From Raillietiella orientalis (lineage: Eukaryota): 64,000 nucleotides of DNA. The stretch covers positions 2,666,001 through 2,730,000 of the forward strand of contig JAYWIR010000023.1 in assembly GCA_036172245.1 (NCBI GenBank), read 5' to 3'. Below, piece by piece: positions 38,641 through 50,949 of this stretch; the stretch's first letter is position 1; each line of letters opens with the position of its first letter. The position numbers were made by a program, and so were the translations under genes. Under the pieces are notes generated by a model. The model was given only the letters and a program-made list of their open reading frames with translations. It was not told the origin of the DNA and ran no database searches.

Positions 38641-40499
38641 CAGATAGCGCACCGTGCCTCTGCGAAATGCGGCTTGTGAATTCCAGACCCTCCGTTTTGC
38701 ATCTCCGTCTGCCCCCTCTCCCGCCCTCTCTCTCTCTCCATCTCCATCTCGCTGTTGCCTGGCAGTAGTCCTCCTAGGTTCTTCGGGGGCGCTGAAGACA
38801 TGTCACGCCCGCTCTGCTCATTGCTCGTCGCGAAAATCTCAAGTGCTCAATGACCTGAACTCTCGAAATCGTTCCCAGCGAGATGCAAGGAGTAAAGCGC
38901 CTCCGGCTCCGTTCTTCCTCCCGAGGATGTCCAACGAAGGAGGTTCTTTCGAAAGGATCGGATAGAGGATCGGATCATGACTTTGATCCGTGAACCGCTG
39001 CATCCCTATTCGAGTGGCGGCTGCCCGAAGCCATTTTTCTGGCGCGGACGGGGCTCCAGCTGGAACGAAGACATCCGATTTCCGGTTCTGTCCTTTCTCC
39101 GCCCCACCAATCTCCCGTCACGTTCATCTCTCAAGGTCACGACCCCCTATCTTCCTCCTCTCCTTTTCCACCCCCCTTTCCGGTTTCCTCCGCTGCTTTT
39201 CCGCCAAAACAGGGGAGTGGGCACCAAGCAGCGCACGCCCAAGCCTTCCCCTTGCGGGAGGAGCAGAGAGGGGAACAGTTCCCCGGGAGCAACAGGGGAA
39301 GGCGTTCTCTCTTCCTGTCGTGTCCCCGAATGGAATTGGTGGATCGAAGCGTTCCAGCTCTCCCAGGAGGCCGCGACGGGTGCAGCTAGCGTGCCTTTGG
39401 CAGCAAGGGTTCCGGAAGGGAGGACGCAGTGGGGTGAGAGGAGATGAAATCGGTATCACCGGGAACGAATTCGCCAGCAGCGGATGCGGAGGTCCGCGTG
39501 CCTCTCCAAGAGGGAAGAGCTGAAGTGGCAGAGCAGGGATCGCATTCCTCCGACCCAGCACGAGTCCGATCCTCTGCGAGATTCCTCCATGCCCTCGGTT
39601 TGAGGATGGGCATGGAGGAGGAGGAGGAAGAGAAGGACCGTTCAGCAAGCGAAGATGCATCCTGGGAGCCGGCTCGCAGGTGGATGGGAGCGTCGAAATA
39701 CGGACGCGGGTCGCGGGGAAAAGCACTGCCGTTCCGGCTGGAGGGGGGGGGGGTTGATTTCGCAAAAGTTCTCGCTATGTGAAATACGGCCCGCGGACTC
39801 CGAGCTCCAAGCGGCACTGTAAAGCTGCGCATGCGCGGGAGGTTCGACGTCCGATGTCACATGAAGCGCAGCTCATTTTGCCGGTGCTGGGAGACATCTT
39901 AGGCTGTCACGCGTGCACCTGGGCGCATATCTGCGTGCTCGTGCAAAGTCCTCGGAAAAAAGGGGATCTAATTTGGTCCTTCTCCATATCCCAGAACTCG
40001 GTGTGCAGCCAGACCCCGCTGAACTCACTTTCGTGACGTCGGCTCTCGAGCACCGGACTGGCTCTTCCCGATCGCGTCGCAATTTTCCTGTCCGCCGGCT
40101 ACCCCTGCGGGAGCGGCTTGGAAGGGAGGGGGAGGGGGGCTTCCGCAGAGAGGCGAGTTCTTTCTGGGACCGTCCTGACGCCCAGTTGTCGCGGGAGACC
40201 CGCTCCTGCTTCCCTCGACCTCTCCGGCAGCCTGGCCTGGGCGCAGACGTTCGTGCTCGTCCCTGCAGCAGAAGGAAGGGCGCGGCGGACGATGCTACTT
40301 TGAGTTTTCTTCGCACGATCGTGGTGCGCGCGCCGGAAGTGCTTCGCGCGCAACCCCACGCGTTCCGGCGCGGAGCGGATGCCCTCGGCCCGCGCATTCG
40401 CCAGGCGATCTCCGCGCCAGAGACGAATTGCTCCCACCGCCGCCCGACGGAACCCGAACGAAGGAAGTGCCCAGCCCCTTCCGCGACAGTGGCGCCAGA

Positions 40500-40680
40500 A
40501 GCAGAAGCGGAGACCTGCAGTGTCCTGAGGAACTCTCGGAGATCCCAACGCCAGCCTCGGAGCGAATGAGTCGAATAGTCTCCCAGAAGGAGGGAAATCG
40601 CGGGCGTTCCATCCTTCTTTCGGAGGACAGCGTAGACCTCCACCGTGTCGTCCACGTTGTCCCTCTCCCAGTCCCCACCA
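40500..40680 (-). mobile_element. LINE AP-endonuclease remnant
   Basis: VEVYA...ISLLLGDYSTHSLRGW...LREFL (cf. xxYxP..IILGDFNAHS..W..LxEF). Confidence 0.35.
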
Positions 40681-40769
40681 TCTCACGGCGCCGAGAGCCA
40701 CCCGCCGTCGGCCGAGCCGCTCCAGCCCGGCTCACATCCGGATTTCCTGCCGACCAGAGGACCACCGAG

Positions 40770-43570
40770 AGATTGGTTTATTACTCAGTCACGCCGGACA
40801 TTTATTGTAAAAATAATAAACATACATGTGTAAGGCCATTGGTCCTACATCGTCCGAAAATGCTTGGATCCTGCCGAGTAACCGGCACGCATCCCGGCGA
40901 GGTTCGCCTCGGCAGAGGAGGAGGAGCGGGCAAACAAAAATCAAAATAAACAAAAAAATATATACAAAAAGTTGAGTCAGGGAAAGGATCGCTGTCCAAT
41001 GGAGGACGTCCTCTGCATCCTTTCCAGGATGCTAGGAAGTTCCATGCAAGTATGTCCCAGGTGGGGCCATCGTGCTGCCGTCCGCAGGTAGGGCAGGGCC
41101 GTCCTAGAAAGGATGGCGTCCCTATCGCGACGCCCTCCCTCACGTAGCTCCAGGGCGCCACAATCCCACGTAGACAACAGCAAAGAGCTGCTAGGGATGA
41201 GGCGCTTCGTCACGTCCCTGGGATTGTTCATCGGTACACCAAGGGCCGTTGCGGAAAGCAACCACAGAGTCCGGAGGGCAACACAGTCTACAAGCAGGTG
41301 CGGGGGGGAGGGGAATCCGGTTCTCTGAACCTGCAGCCGTTGGGACCCACAGCTCCCCGGACCCAGTGAGACCGGCAGGCATTGAATGGGAGGCTCCAGT
41401 GCAACAGCATCAATGCCGACTCTTGCCACTTTAAGGGGAGGGTGCGGGTGTTCATGAGCACCGGGGATCACACGAGGTCTACCTGTAGAATTCCTAGCAG
41501 CTCACCACAGTGCATTAGTCCTTTCGGTGGGGCACTTGGGGTCGCAGCGTCCGTGAGCTGTTCCGTGGTCCGGCCACCTAGTTCTCTCGTCTCCTGACTG
41601 ATTTCACAACTGACCTCCTATTTGGATGGCTGGTTACTGCATAGGTGCTCCCTGAGGGACGGCAGTGCCGCGGCTAAGGAGGTTCTTTGCGCCCACGCAC
41701 AAGCGGTGGTCTGCATGATGACATCCTGCAGCGAGCGGTTGTGGTCGAAGGAGTGCAGCAGTCGCTGCCGCATCGCTGGGCTCGCTTTGTTCTGGGCCCA
41801 CGTGAGAACGGTTTCCTGCAACCAAACACTACCATTCGCGGTCCGGCAGGAGATCCAGGTGTTCGCCCTGGTCAGCCTTGCCACTCGCTGGAGCTCCAAA
41901 TCCTCAGCGGGACACGTTGCGCCTGCGCCGTCGCGCAAGGAACGAAGACAGTCCCTCATAGCCGGTGGTTCATTTGACCAGGTATCGTGCGGGCTCGCAC
42001 CAGTTGATGTTCCAAAGCTCCGCCACTAGGGCAAGCGTCCTCCACTAGAGCTGCTACTCCAGGTGCTCCAGTATCAGAGGGCCGAGGCCTCCGTTGCGAC
42101 GCGGAGCGCACAAGTCCTTCAGGCGGACTCGGGGCCTCCCTGTGCCCCAGAGGGCGATTCTGAGGAGATCCTTCGTCCGCTTTTTAATGCTACTCGGTGG
42201 GGGACAAACAAAAAGCAGGGGGCGGAAGAGGGGACCACAAGAGATTAGAGATCTACCTCCCTAGCGGCGCCTCGAGGTCGTTCTCGGCGCAGCACCACCC
42301 GAGGCGGCGACGAAAGTCCTGGATGTTTCCTCGTAACAGGCGACTCCCACGCCTCGAGGGATCGCGGGAATTAACCTGCGTTTACGGTGTCGCGAGAGCA
42401 GACGTCCAGAGCCACACCTGCGCTGCCAGCTCAGTCCCTTCCCCTTTCCCCGCGCGTCCAGAGCGTTCCCAAGAGGGACGCCGTGCTTCTCACCGCGTTC
42501 TGCCCTTCGTCCATCTCGGACTCCCCTGAGCAAAGATCGCCGCGTCTTTCCAGGGAGATGGGCAGTAGAACGGACGACTGCCGTCAAAGACGTCCCTCTT
42601 GATGACCCCCAAGACCATTTGCATCCTGCCGAAGAATCCGGACTGGTGGAGTGGTTGGCTCCTCTTCAGCGCCAAATTTCCCCGAGGGGCTGCCACGTCG
42701 AGAGAGTAGCCCTGTCGAGAGGGCGCAGCCTGTGGGGAGGCGTCCTTCGCGAACGGAAATCCTCGGGGAAACCAGAGATACCAAGCAGGAGGTCTGCTCC
42801 CGGGACAGGATATTCTCGAAACAGTTCCCCCCACCCCACGATGCCCTGAAGCTATCTCCACATGGGCACCTTTCGGGCTTTCTTGGCCTTCCAGAGTCAC
42901 AGAGTGCTCTCGCCGGCGCAACGCAAGCGTCAGAAGGTCAAGAAAACGGAGAGGGGCTTGGTCCATGCTGTTGGGGAGGGTGAAGTCCGTTCGGCAACCC
43001 GGACAACACCGTCGCGATGCAAAGCGCGCCCTGCTGCGTTTGCACCGTTCGACCAGGACAGTGGCCCGCTTCATGCTAGCACGAGGGATCCCGATCCATG
43101 CCCTTTGGAAGGCAGTCCAGGGATGACACTCGCATTGCAGGATACCTCGATGGGCAGCCCAGTGAGGCGATCTGGGGGTCCCATTAAGGGACTCCCCCTA
43201 GCACCACCTCACCATCCGGAAATTCGAAGGTCTTCCTATCTGCATGCCAAGAGGTAGTTGGGATGGACGTCCGAGATCGCAGCTGGCGGCATTGTTTGTT
43301 TTCCACCGAAAGAAGAGTGAAGACCGTGGAAGAATCGTGGCGCGCGCACGAATGGGGACATTCGTGGCGTAGGTGCATTCCCCGTACGAATCCCGAGATG
43401 TCCTGCAGCCTATTTTCAGCCTCTTTTGCTTGTGTGGTTGTTTTTGAGTTTCCCATTCCAATTCGGAACCTTCTTGGACTGTCGATGTTGTTGCTTTCTT
43501 CGCCTGCCGTTAGCAGCTCCTTCGAATCTCTCCCTCCACCGGCAAGGAAGCTGTGCTTTGCTTCGAGGAC
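40770..43570 (-). mobile_element. 5'-truncated, decayed L1/Tx1-clade LINE (RT thumb, C-terminal zinc finger, 3' UTR)
   Basis: Minus-strand DLLRIALWGTGRPRVRLKDLCAPRRNGGLG (~42070-42180; cf. L1/Tx1 FLWxGxxPRVxxxxLxxPxxxGGLG), RRLGW...LGR, zf-RVT-like PHLLVDCVALRTLW (~41260-41305) and AATAAA at 40801-40806. Frameshifts and stops throughout. Boundaries approximate. Confidence 0.72.
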
Positions 43571-46500
43571 GCCGTTAATCACCTTGATTTTTTCTAATTT
43601 ATTTATTTACAATTAGCATGCCTGAACCAATGAGGATGCGAAATCCGGTCGAAGAAGTGGCGATGCATCCCTCACTCGGAGGGATAACAGCTGACACACT
43701 GCAGGAACTAGCAATAACGCACTTTGCTCCGTTCGAGCCAGCGCGTCGTTCTGTTTTTCGGGATCTCCTGCCTGCGTGTGCGCACACTCATCAACAGCTC
43801 ATCATCAACACTTGTTGCGCAAGTCTTTCGCTGCTATCGCCGTGTCCCCTCGTTTCACTTAGTCGCCCCTTGTCGAGGAACAACAAGATCATTTGCCTCG
43901 GGAATTAACAAACACTCCGTAAGGCATGCAGAACGCTTCTGTTCCCCCTCCCCTCCTCCCCACGGTTCGGAGCGTCTTCGAAAAATAGGCACCGCGCGCG
44001 CGCGCTCTTTTCAAGATTTGGGGGAACTCGAAGACTGCAGCGCGGCGACGAAAAGAAACGCGAACCCGGTGTAAGTCCCAGCCGATTCCGTTCTCCGCGC
44101 GCGGCACTGTGGCGGTAGCTCAGGGGGCAAGCAGCTCCGTCACTTTCGGCGCCTAGCTCCCTTCCTCCCCCCTGCCTGCAGAATCGTCTCTCGGAGGCTC
44201 TTCTGCGTTTACGTTCTTTCGCTTCTTCGGCGGAGCCTCCATCACAGCTTGTGCAAGAAGAATGGGAACGCATTCAGTTAACGACATACGGGCAAGTGAC
44301 AAGAAAAAGTCCATGATGGCAGCAGACACTTGCAGAATCCAAATGAGGTAAACACACGTCGCAGATGATTGCCCCTAGATGTGTCATTCTGGAAATTCAT
44401 CATCGGGACCGGAAATGGAAAGCCGTTCAAAGCGCTGAGCTGTTTCCTGCCGCTACGTACCACGGAGATGTCAGTTTCGTGCAGCTTCTAATGTGAAGGA
44501 AAATGAAAGACGCAAGAAAGCATCCACCAGCCTAATTTGCTTTAATTTGAACGGGCACTTCAAAGGGGGAGAGAGAGAAAGAAAAGGGGAGGAGGAAGGA
44601 ACGTCAGGGACTGTGTGCTTGCGACGCTGAGCTACGAGCAAACTTATCCTCCACCTATAAGGAGGACGAGTGCGAGTGATGCAAACTGTTGCAAGATTTT
44701 GTTGCAGGACATTCTCGACGGAGTGGTCTGTTTGAATTCTGAATGGCGGAGCTGCAGGAAATTTCGAGTTCACTTCATTCGTCGTCGCGCAGCGACGTAA
44801 CTGTTTTCCTCGTAGCACGCTCCATAAGAGATTTCTGATGTGCCGCAGCAGTTCCTCGTTCTCTTCTAAAAGGAGCACCTAAAATGCCACATCACTGTCC
44901 CGATACAGGTCACATGTAAAGTCACGTTTACCAAAATAGGTAAGAGCAGGTTCATCCAGCTATGCGCCCCATCTTCTGGTCCCTGAAGATGATGTACTGG
45001 GGTACGAGTAGAGAAGCATCTCCTGGCTCGTCGTCAACGAACGGAGTGACAGGGATGCTTCCATGTTCCCCGCTGAAGCGCGATCTAGCCCTCCAAAATC
45101 CAGCTTGTCTACTGACAGCTTCAGCACGAGCAGAAAGGTTTCAGTCCAGATGATCTGCTTTTGTTTACGAGGACCGTGTCAGGTGTTCCGGCGCAAGTTT
45201 CCTCACGTCTGCTTATTCCTCGGATGCTCTTGGATTTCCCAACTTGCAAACGTCATCGGGACGCTGTTTCGTGTTAGAAATTATGTCATGAGATCTTCCA
45301 ATCTGGCAAAGCAGTCAGGGGTTTTCCTCTGCAATCCGACGATTGTGCTGGTTCGTTCACAGCCTTCCTCCAGTGGTTTTCTTCTCCTCTGCCTAACCTT
45401 CTGGCCGGATTCACAGAAACAAAGAGAAGTCACGGCGAATCACTCAAGACGGCAAGACGATGCGAAACAGAATGGCGGTTATCATCGGGGGAACCGTAAT
45501 CGTATTAAATATTCAGCAAGAGATAGGCCATCAACATGTTTGAGCACTAGCAGAACAGATGAAGACACAGGCATAAAAATAATGAATTGAATTTCTCCAG
45601 AACCCAGGAGAGAGGAGAAAAAGAGAAGGACACTCATGCATTTGTTTTATGAGCGCATGTGAATGCGGATGGTGAGGCATCATTATGCCCCGCCGAATGA
45701 GCTCATAGAAAATTCGGTTTCTCGAAAAAATTGCTCAAAGGAACAAACAGAATTCTCTCAAGCCGTCTCGCTGAAAGAGAGAATTCTCCTCATTAAAATT
45801 ATTCCCTCCTGAAATTGCAGCCTTACTATGTGTAGTAGTATTACTGCTGCGAACAGCCGAAAGCTAGAGGAAGCACCAGGAGTTCTCAACAGCCTCCATC
45901 TTGCTGGTTGCAATGAAACCGCATGCATTATTATACGACCGGAAGCACTCTGCGATTGCTAAGCAACAGAGCGTTCTGGCGATTTTCAGTGGAAAAACAG
46001 CACTCAGCAATTGCCAAGTTGTGCCGTATGATTTGCATAGCTATCATCAAGTCGATCCAAACCGGCATAATTGGTTCTTGTGCCGGTTTCGCATTGGGAG
46101 CACAGTTCCCGGGGTATAAAATTCGAGGAACGGGACTGATGCCTGGATCTTTTCAGCCAGTTCACAGTACCAACACACTGGTTGCCAACATGTTTGAAAC
46201 ACTGTGCTCCTACGACGGGTGTTAGTGTTCATACGTAGTATTGATGTGATTCCCAAATCAAGCACCTCTTCTTCTGTTGTTTTCACAAATGCTCTCTTCA
46301 CACTGCTTCGAAATGGTTCCTTGAAAACAGCCAGAGTACTACATGAGTCTGGAAGGAAGGTAGCCTAGGGCGTGGGAGACATTCTTACGTCCTTCGAAGA
46401 TCATCATTCGAAAATTCCGTTAGCACTCGATGCCTGGTGCGTTTTTGCCACCTGCAAGTGCGGGCACACGAAGAAAACGATGTCGTACAAGCAACTCCCT

Positions 46501-46895
46501 ATTGGAACGAACCAACTGATGCCGAACAGCACAAGTCGACTAGGAAGCATTCTTTCCAGATAGGTTGGAGGCAGCAGCAAGTTGCTCTCAAATCCAGATC
46601 GCTCTGCTCGCTTCTTGCAACATATTTAAAGAAAACAAAAAAGTCAAATTGAGAGATGGTTCATCGCATTCCAGATTCCATGTTTGCTCGTAAAGTGAGT
46701 TGCCCGAATGCATCAACGTCAAATATACACACACATGCATATATATCTATGTCGGAGCAGATCCAAGCACAACACCATTGACGATACAGTGCTTCTTCCC
46801 TCATTTTCCCGGATAAGTCCATCTCCACCAGATGGATGCCTTCATGCGTTTCGCACGCTTCATTTCCCGGCTGCCGCCATGATGGCGCCTGGAGA

Positions 46896-47413
46896 GGGTG
46901 CTGATAGAAATACCGAACGCCGAAACCTCGAACGATCGAAATCCCGAAAGATCATGAAAAAATAAATACATATGTTTCTTATACACATATTAATACTCGT
47001 ACTTATAAAATGTTGATATATATTATAAAGATTATAAAAATAAATATGCATATTCATATATATCAATATACAGATTAATGCACACATTTATTTTGACATA
47101 CGTTTAGTAATATAATTAATAAAATGTATAAACATATATACTGAAGATTATAAAAAATAAATATATATGTTAAAATAATAATACTATTAAATTACTTGCT
47201 GTTCAATAAATATTAATGAATATGTATGTTACAACAAATTTGCACATTAATCTCTATATGCATATATATATATACCAATATAAAAATTTATATTTTATAA
47301 TGTTCATAGTGTAGATTAGTTCATAGTCTATATATAAATAAACACAGTAATATATGTAACAAACATATGTGTTTATTTTTAAGATCTTTTGGGATTTTGA
47401 ATCAAACAGCCCC
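46896..47413. mobile_element. AT-rich foldback/MITE-like element
   Basis: 46936-46985 (TCGAAATCCCGAAAGATCATGAAAAAATAAATACATATGTTTCTTATACA) is an imperfect reverse complement of 47351-47400. GGG...CCC ends, CGAA-rich subterminal repeats, very AT-rich interior. No TSD found. Confidence 0.55.
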
Positions 47414-47849
47414 AAACTTATCTAGAATGTAACTGTTTGTTATTTACAGTGAATCATAGGAATAAATCAATGAATAAAAAGGGTGATCCCTGTGTCCTGG
47501 GACTTTTTTTTTCTGAAAAAATGAATATAACAGCGAGCAAGGTGTAGCTAATTTCCTTTATGGGCTTCATGTAACGCCAGCTTCCAATGCAGCCATCTAT
47601 CCAACTGCTAATCTTGCGCCACCCACCCAAAAAGCATCTGTAGGAGACGCTGTGGTTTTTCTGAAGAGGGAAGTTCAACTTACCTTTAGTAATTGAATGA
47701 GTGAAGTCTGATGGAGATGCGAGGCTCTAAGAAGGAAAGCGCCTCTTTTCGACATGCCTGTTCTTTCACTACGGAATGTGAAGGCAGGCATGCCATAAGA
47801 CCTTCCTGGAAACCACAGGAGGTCTGGTCAGGTCAATGTAATTGATGCT

Positions 47850-49500
47850 ATCCTTACGAAAAGTTGCTCACGGAATGTGCCTTCAGAAACCCTACGGTCA
47901 CACGTATGAAGTTATAGAACATGGGGGAAACGGGTATCACAGAGGCGTGTGACAGCAACAACACTGTAGCTGTCCTCACTTCCCTGTGACGGAATTGATG
48001 GGCGATCAAAAAGCGTAAGGGGGAGCAAGTAGCAAAATCAAGTCGTAAGAAAGTTTCCCCGTTTTCCGCTTCTAGAAATTTTCCGATTCCCGGAGACCAG
48101 CTTCCTGCGGCCAAGGATTCGAGCGGGAGATTCGTCGCAGCGCTTGGCCTAACCTGCAAAGTGGTTGCACTCGTACAAGCCCGCTTGGAGATGTGAGGTG
48201 CTGTGATGGAAGGAACAGTGGCTCATGAAGTGCTACAGGGAATCACCAAGTCCACGGTGGGAGCAGGCAAGTAGCTACATGCTGGTGGTTTGGCAACTGC
48301 AAGACGTACTCGGACACAAGTGGCATGGCCTGCCTGAGACAGAGGTCCATTCAAAACCGACTGCCCACGTCACCCGAGGGGGCATGTAACTCTCCAAGTT
48401 ATAGGGGTACCCCAGGAGAGGACCATCCTAAGGATCCGGGAAGGATCCGGAAGAAGGAGTCCGTTCCTCTTGCGTTTGGTAGAGGAACTCCAAAGCCTCA
48501 GATGATGGCAATCCTTTTGGGTTCTTTTCTATCTTCGCTGTTATGTTTCAGCTTTTTTTGGTTCGCTGAGAACCTCAAGAGCCGTCGCACGCCTGGCGGT
48601 GGCTCACGCAACTCTTTGACACTATTCCACGTCACCCGACAGTGCGTGTAATTCTTCAAAATAGGGGGTAACCCTGGAGGGCACCACCTTATGAATCCAG
48701 GAAGTACTCGAGTCCGTTCCTCTCACGCTTGGGGAGGGATCCCCGAAGCCTGGTTGTCTCCGAAGGGGCACCATGGAGGGAATCTCCTTCCTTATTCTCT
48801 CCGGGGGGGCTCACAGAGTGGACCTCTCTATGTTTTCTTCTTTGCAGGGAACCCGGAAGGGGAATAGTAGTAGGAATTTCTTCTACGGAGGGAATCCGCA
48901 AGGGAACCGCTACTGTTTTCTCCTCCCCTGAAGGGAACCCCAAAGAGACGCTTTCGAAATTGCTCAGAAGGGCGTTACCCGAAGGAAGAGGCACGCTTCT
49001 CTGCACTCTCTGGAGGGGTGGCGATGCACCTACTTCACGGAGGGTCCCCCCGAAGAGGGAGTCTGATCCTTTGCACAACAGGAGGGGAATTCCCACTCCT
49101 TGATTCCTGGAAGGACCCGGAGGTCGACTTCCGATCCCGGCCAGTCAGTGGGAACATCCGGTTTCTGCCTTCCATTAGTGGCTCACCCGAAGCCTACAGG
49201 CCGACCAAAGTCATCCTGGGGGAGGGCTCGAAACCCAAGATCCACCCATTTCTAGGTGTGAGTCCTCTACGTGGGGATTCGAACCCGCAACGCTTAGCAC
49301 ACCGCGCGCGCGGAGACCGGAGGCATCACGGCCTCCAATGCAGGCTTTTCTAAACAGACTGGCTACCATCTGATGGGATGAAGAAAATGCCTGCCTTGGA
49401 GTTCCCTCCAGTGAAGCTGGATTGCTTTCCCGTGCTTCACATCCATCTCGGACGAAGTCAGCATCTCACGTCGATGTTAAGACTGACGGTATCGCTGCTA
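47850..49500 (-). mobile_element. Decayed RTE-clade LINE AP-endonuclease, split by SINE copy A
   Basis: Minus strand SLNIDV..RW...G (49430-49485), then after the SINE EWTSVSGR, YLPAPT and ENGETFLRLDFAT...LIAHQFRHREVRTAT (cf. NxNG..LxxF...LxIxNxxFxHKxxHxxTW). Confidence 0.55.
48366..49347 (-). mobile_element. ~0.98 kb tRNA-headed SINE-like element, copy A
   Basis: On the - strand GCGGGTTCGAATCCCC (T-arm/B box, ~49273-49288). Degenerate 16-bp TSD TTCAAAACCGACTGCC (48350-48365) / TTCTAAACAGACTGGC (49348-49363), 13/16 match. Homology to copy B. Internal direct repeat 48366-48498 / 48628-48751. Confidence 0.7.
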
Positions 49501-50949
49501 GCCCTGCTGTTGCAACCCATGCTGGTTTCCACTCCGTTGGTTCGCTCCCGACGCGCCCATTATAGTGAGGAAATCAGCCGAGATGGAGATTCCAGGATGC
49601 AAACTCTGGATGGGAAGTGGATTTGGTCAAACGCTGATGATGATGATCAGGAGGACGAAGAATCTTCCACTGTTTACCCGGGCTGTGAGCCACGGGAAGT
49701 CCTACCCGTGTTGCAAGTTTCGTTCTTTGCTTTCAGGCAAAACAGGAGCGAAAAGGATTTCCTCCCGATATTCGCGCCAATTCCTTGTGCCAGTTAAGTA
49801 GCAGCTTCCCTGCTGGGGAATCTAGGTATTTCCAATCAGGATAATTTGTAAAAAAAAGCATCTTTTCCCTCTCGATCGATGCATGCATTTGCCAGCGCTT
49901 GAGTCTGGTCTCTGGCTGTTTCCCTCTTCGCAACTGAAGCATCATGCATCATCATCATCAAATGAAGCATCATTCGCGTTTCCTTCGAGAGGTCTCTTCC
50001 AACTTCCTTGTTCAACGAAATCCTCACTTGAAACTGAGGAAGCTTTCTTCAATTTTGTTGGCAGGCGATTGCATTTTTTAATGACTTTCTACTCCTCTAT
50101 TTTGCACTATTACAAGATTTAGCAGCTAGAAAATGCATCACTCGGGAGGGGCTCTCAGACAAGACACTGGTTTCTTGGGTCAGCAAACAGAAGTTTCGTT
50201 CCAATCCCCTTGCAAGCTGAAATTTCCTTCATCTGCGCGTGTTCAGCTATGATGCTTTGCTGCCATCTTTCCTCCTGGTCGCGTATCATCTTTGTCTTAG
50301 TTTCGAGAGTGTATTCCAGGCTCCTTACCGGAAAGTACAAAGCGAGGAAAGGTGTCATGTGTTGCGAAGAGGCATCTTTACGTACAGCTCAGTGCTGTGT
50401 GCGAGAACACGTAAACTCATGATGGACGAAATGCTCACCGGAAACGATGGACCACACATCTTTTACCGAAATCTGATGCCTGCGGTTTTACCGTTTCTTT
50501 TTCCTTTCTTCCTTTGTACTTCAACGTGCTAGCAAAAAAAAAAAACAATCAACGTACGGTGCCTTTCTTTTCTGGTCCTGCGCTGGTAGTGAGCTCACGC
50601 GAGTGACCGCAATCAGGGAAATCGTCAGACCTTGTGCTTTGCCGCCTCCAACTGTTACCTTACTTCACTGATGTTGCTCTTTTCTCCCATATAAACGTCT
50701 CATAGATCGAAGATCGTTTTTTCTGTTCAGAAAGCAATTCCCAGATTCCCGAAAGGCGCAATTAACAGCTTCTGAGCAGGAAAAAAAAAAAAAAACGGTC
50801 ATCTTTCGACAGTGCTAGATGGTATTCTTGTCCAGAGAGCCTGTAGTCCAGAGAGATGGTATTCTTGTTCGATGTTCTGAACATACATCCGGATAGTAGG
50901 GATAATGATACATCCTAATAATACACGTAGCTCGATTTTCGTGATGATT

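Noticed and set aside
42325..42345. GTT-TCCTCGT-AAC resembling the P3/L3 of an HDV-like ribozyme (also TCCTCGT at ~57769)
   Set aside because: No P1.1 GG or proper P1/P2; the first lies antisense to L1 coding sequence.
48590..48612. GGCGGTGGCTCACGC, similar to the Alu/7SL 5' end
   Set aside because: Short, not conserved in copy B, and antisense to the tRNA head.
48729..49103. ORFs inside the SINE copies (48729-49103 +, 56908-57519 -) with similar peptides
   Set aside because: The similarity follows from nucleotide homology; frames are not maintained between copies and they are antisense to the Pol III head.
49265..49340. Functional tRNA gene (also the A/B-box-like pair at ~52305-52385)
   Set aside because: Only a T-arm/B box is recognisable; no complete cloverleaf.
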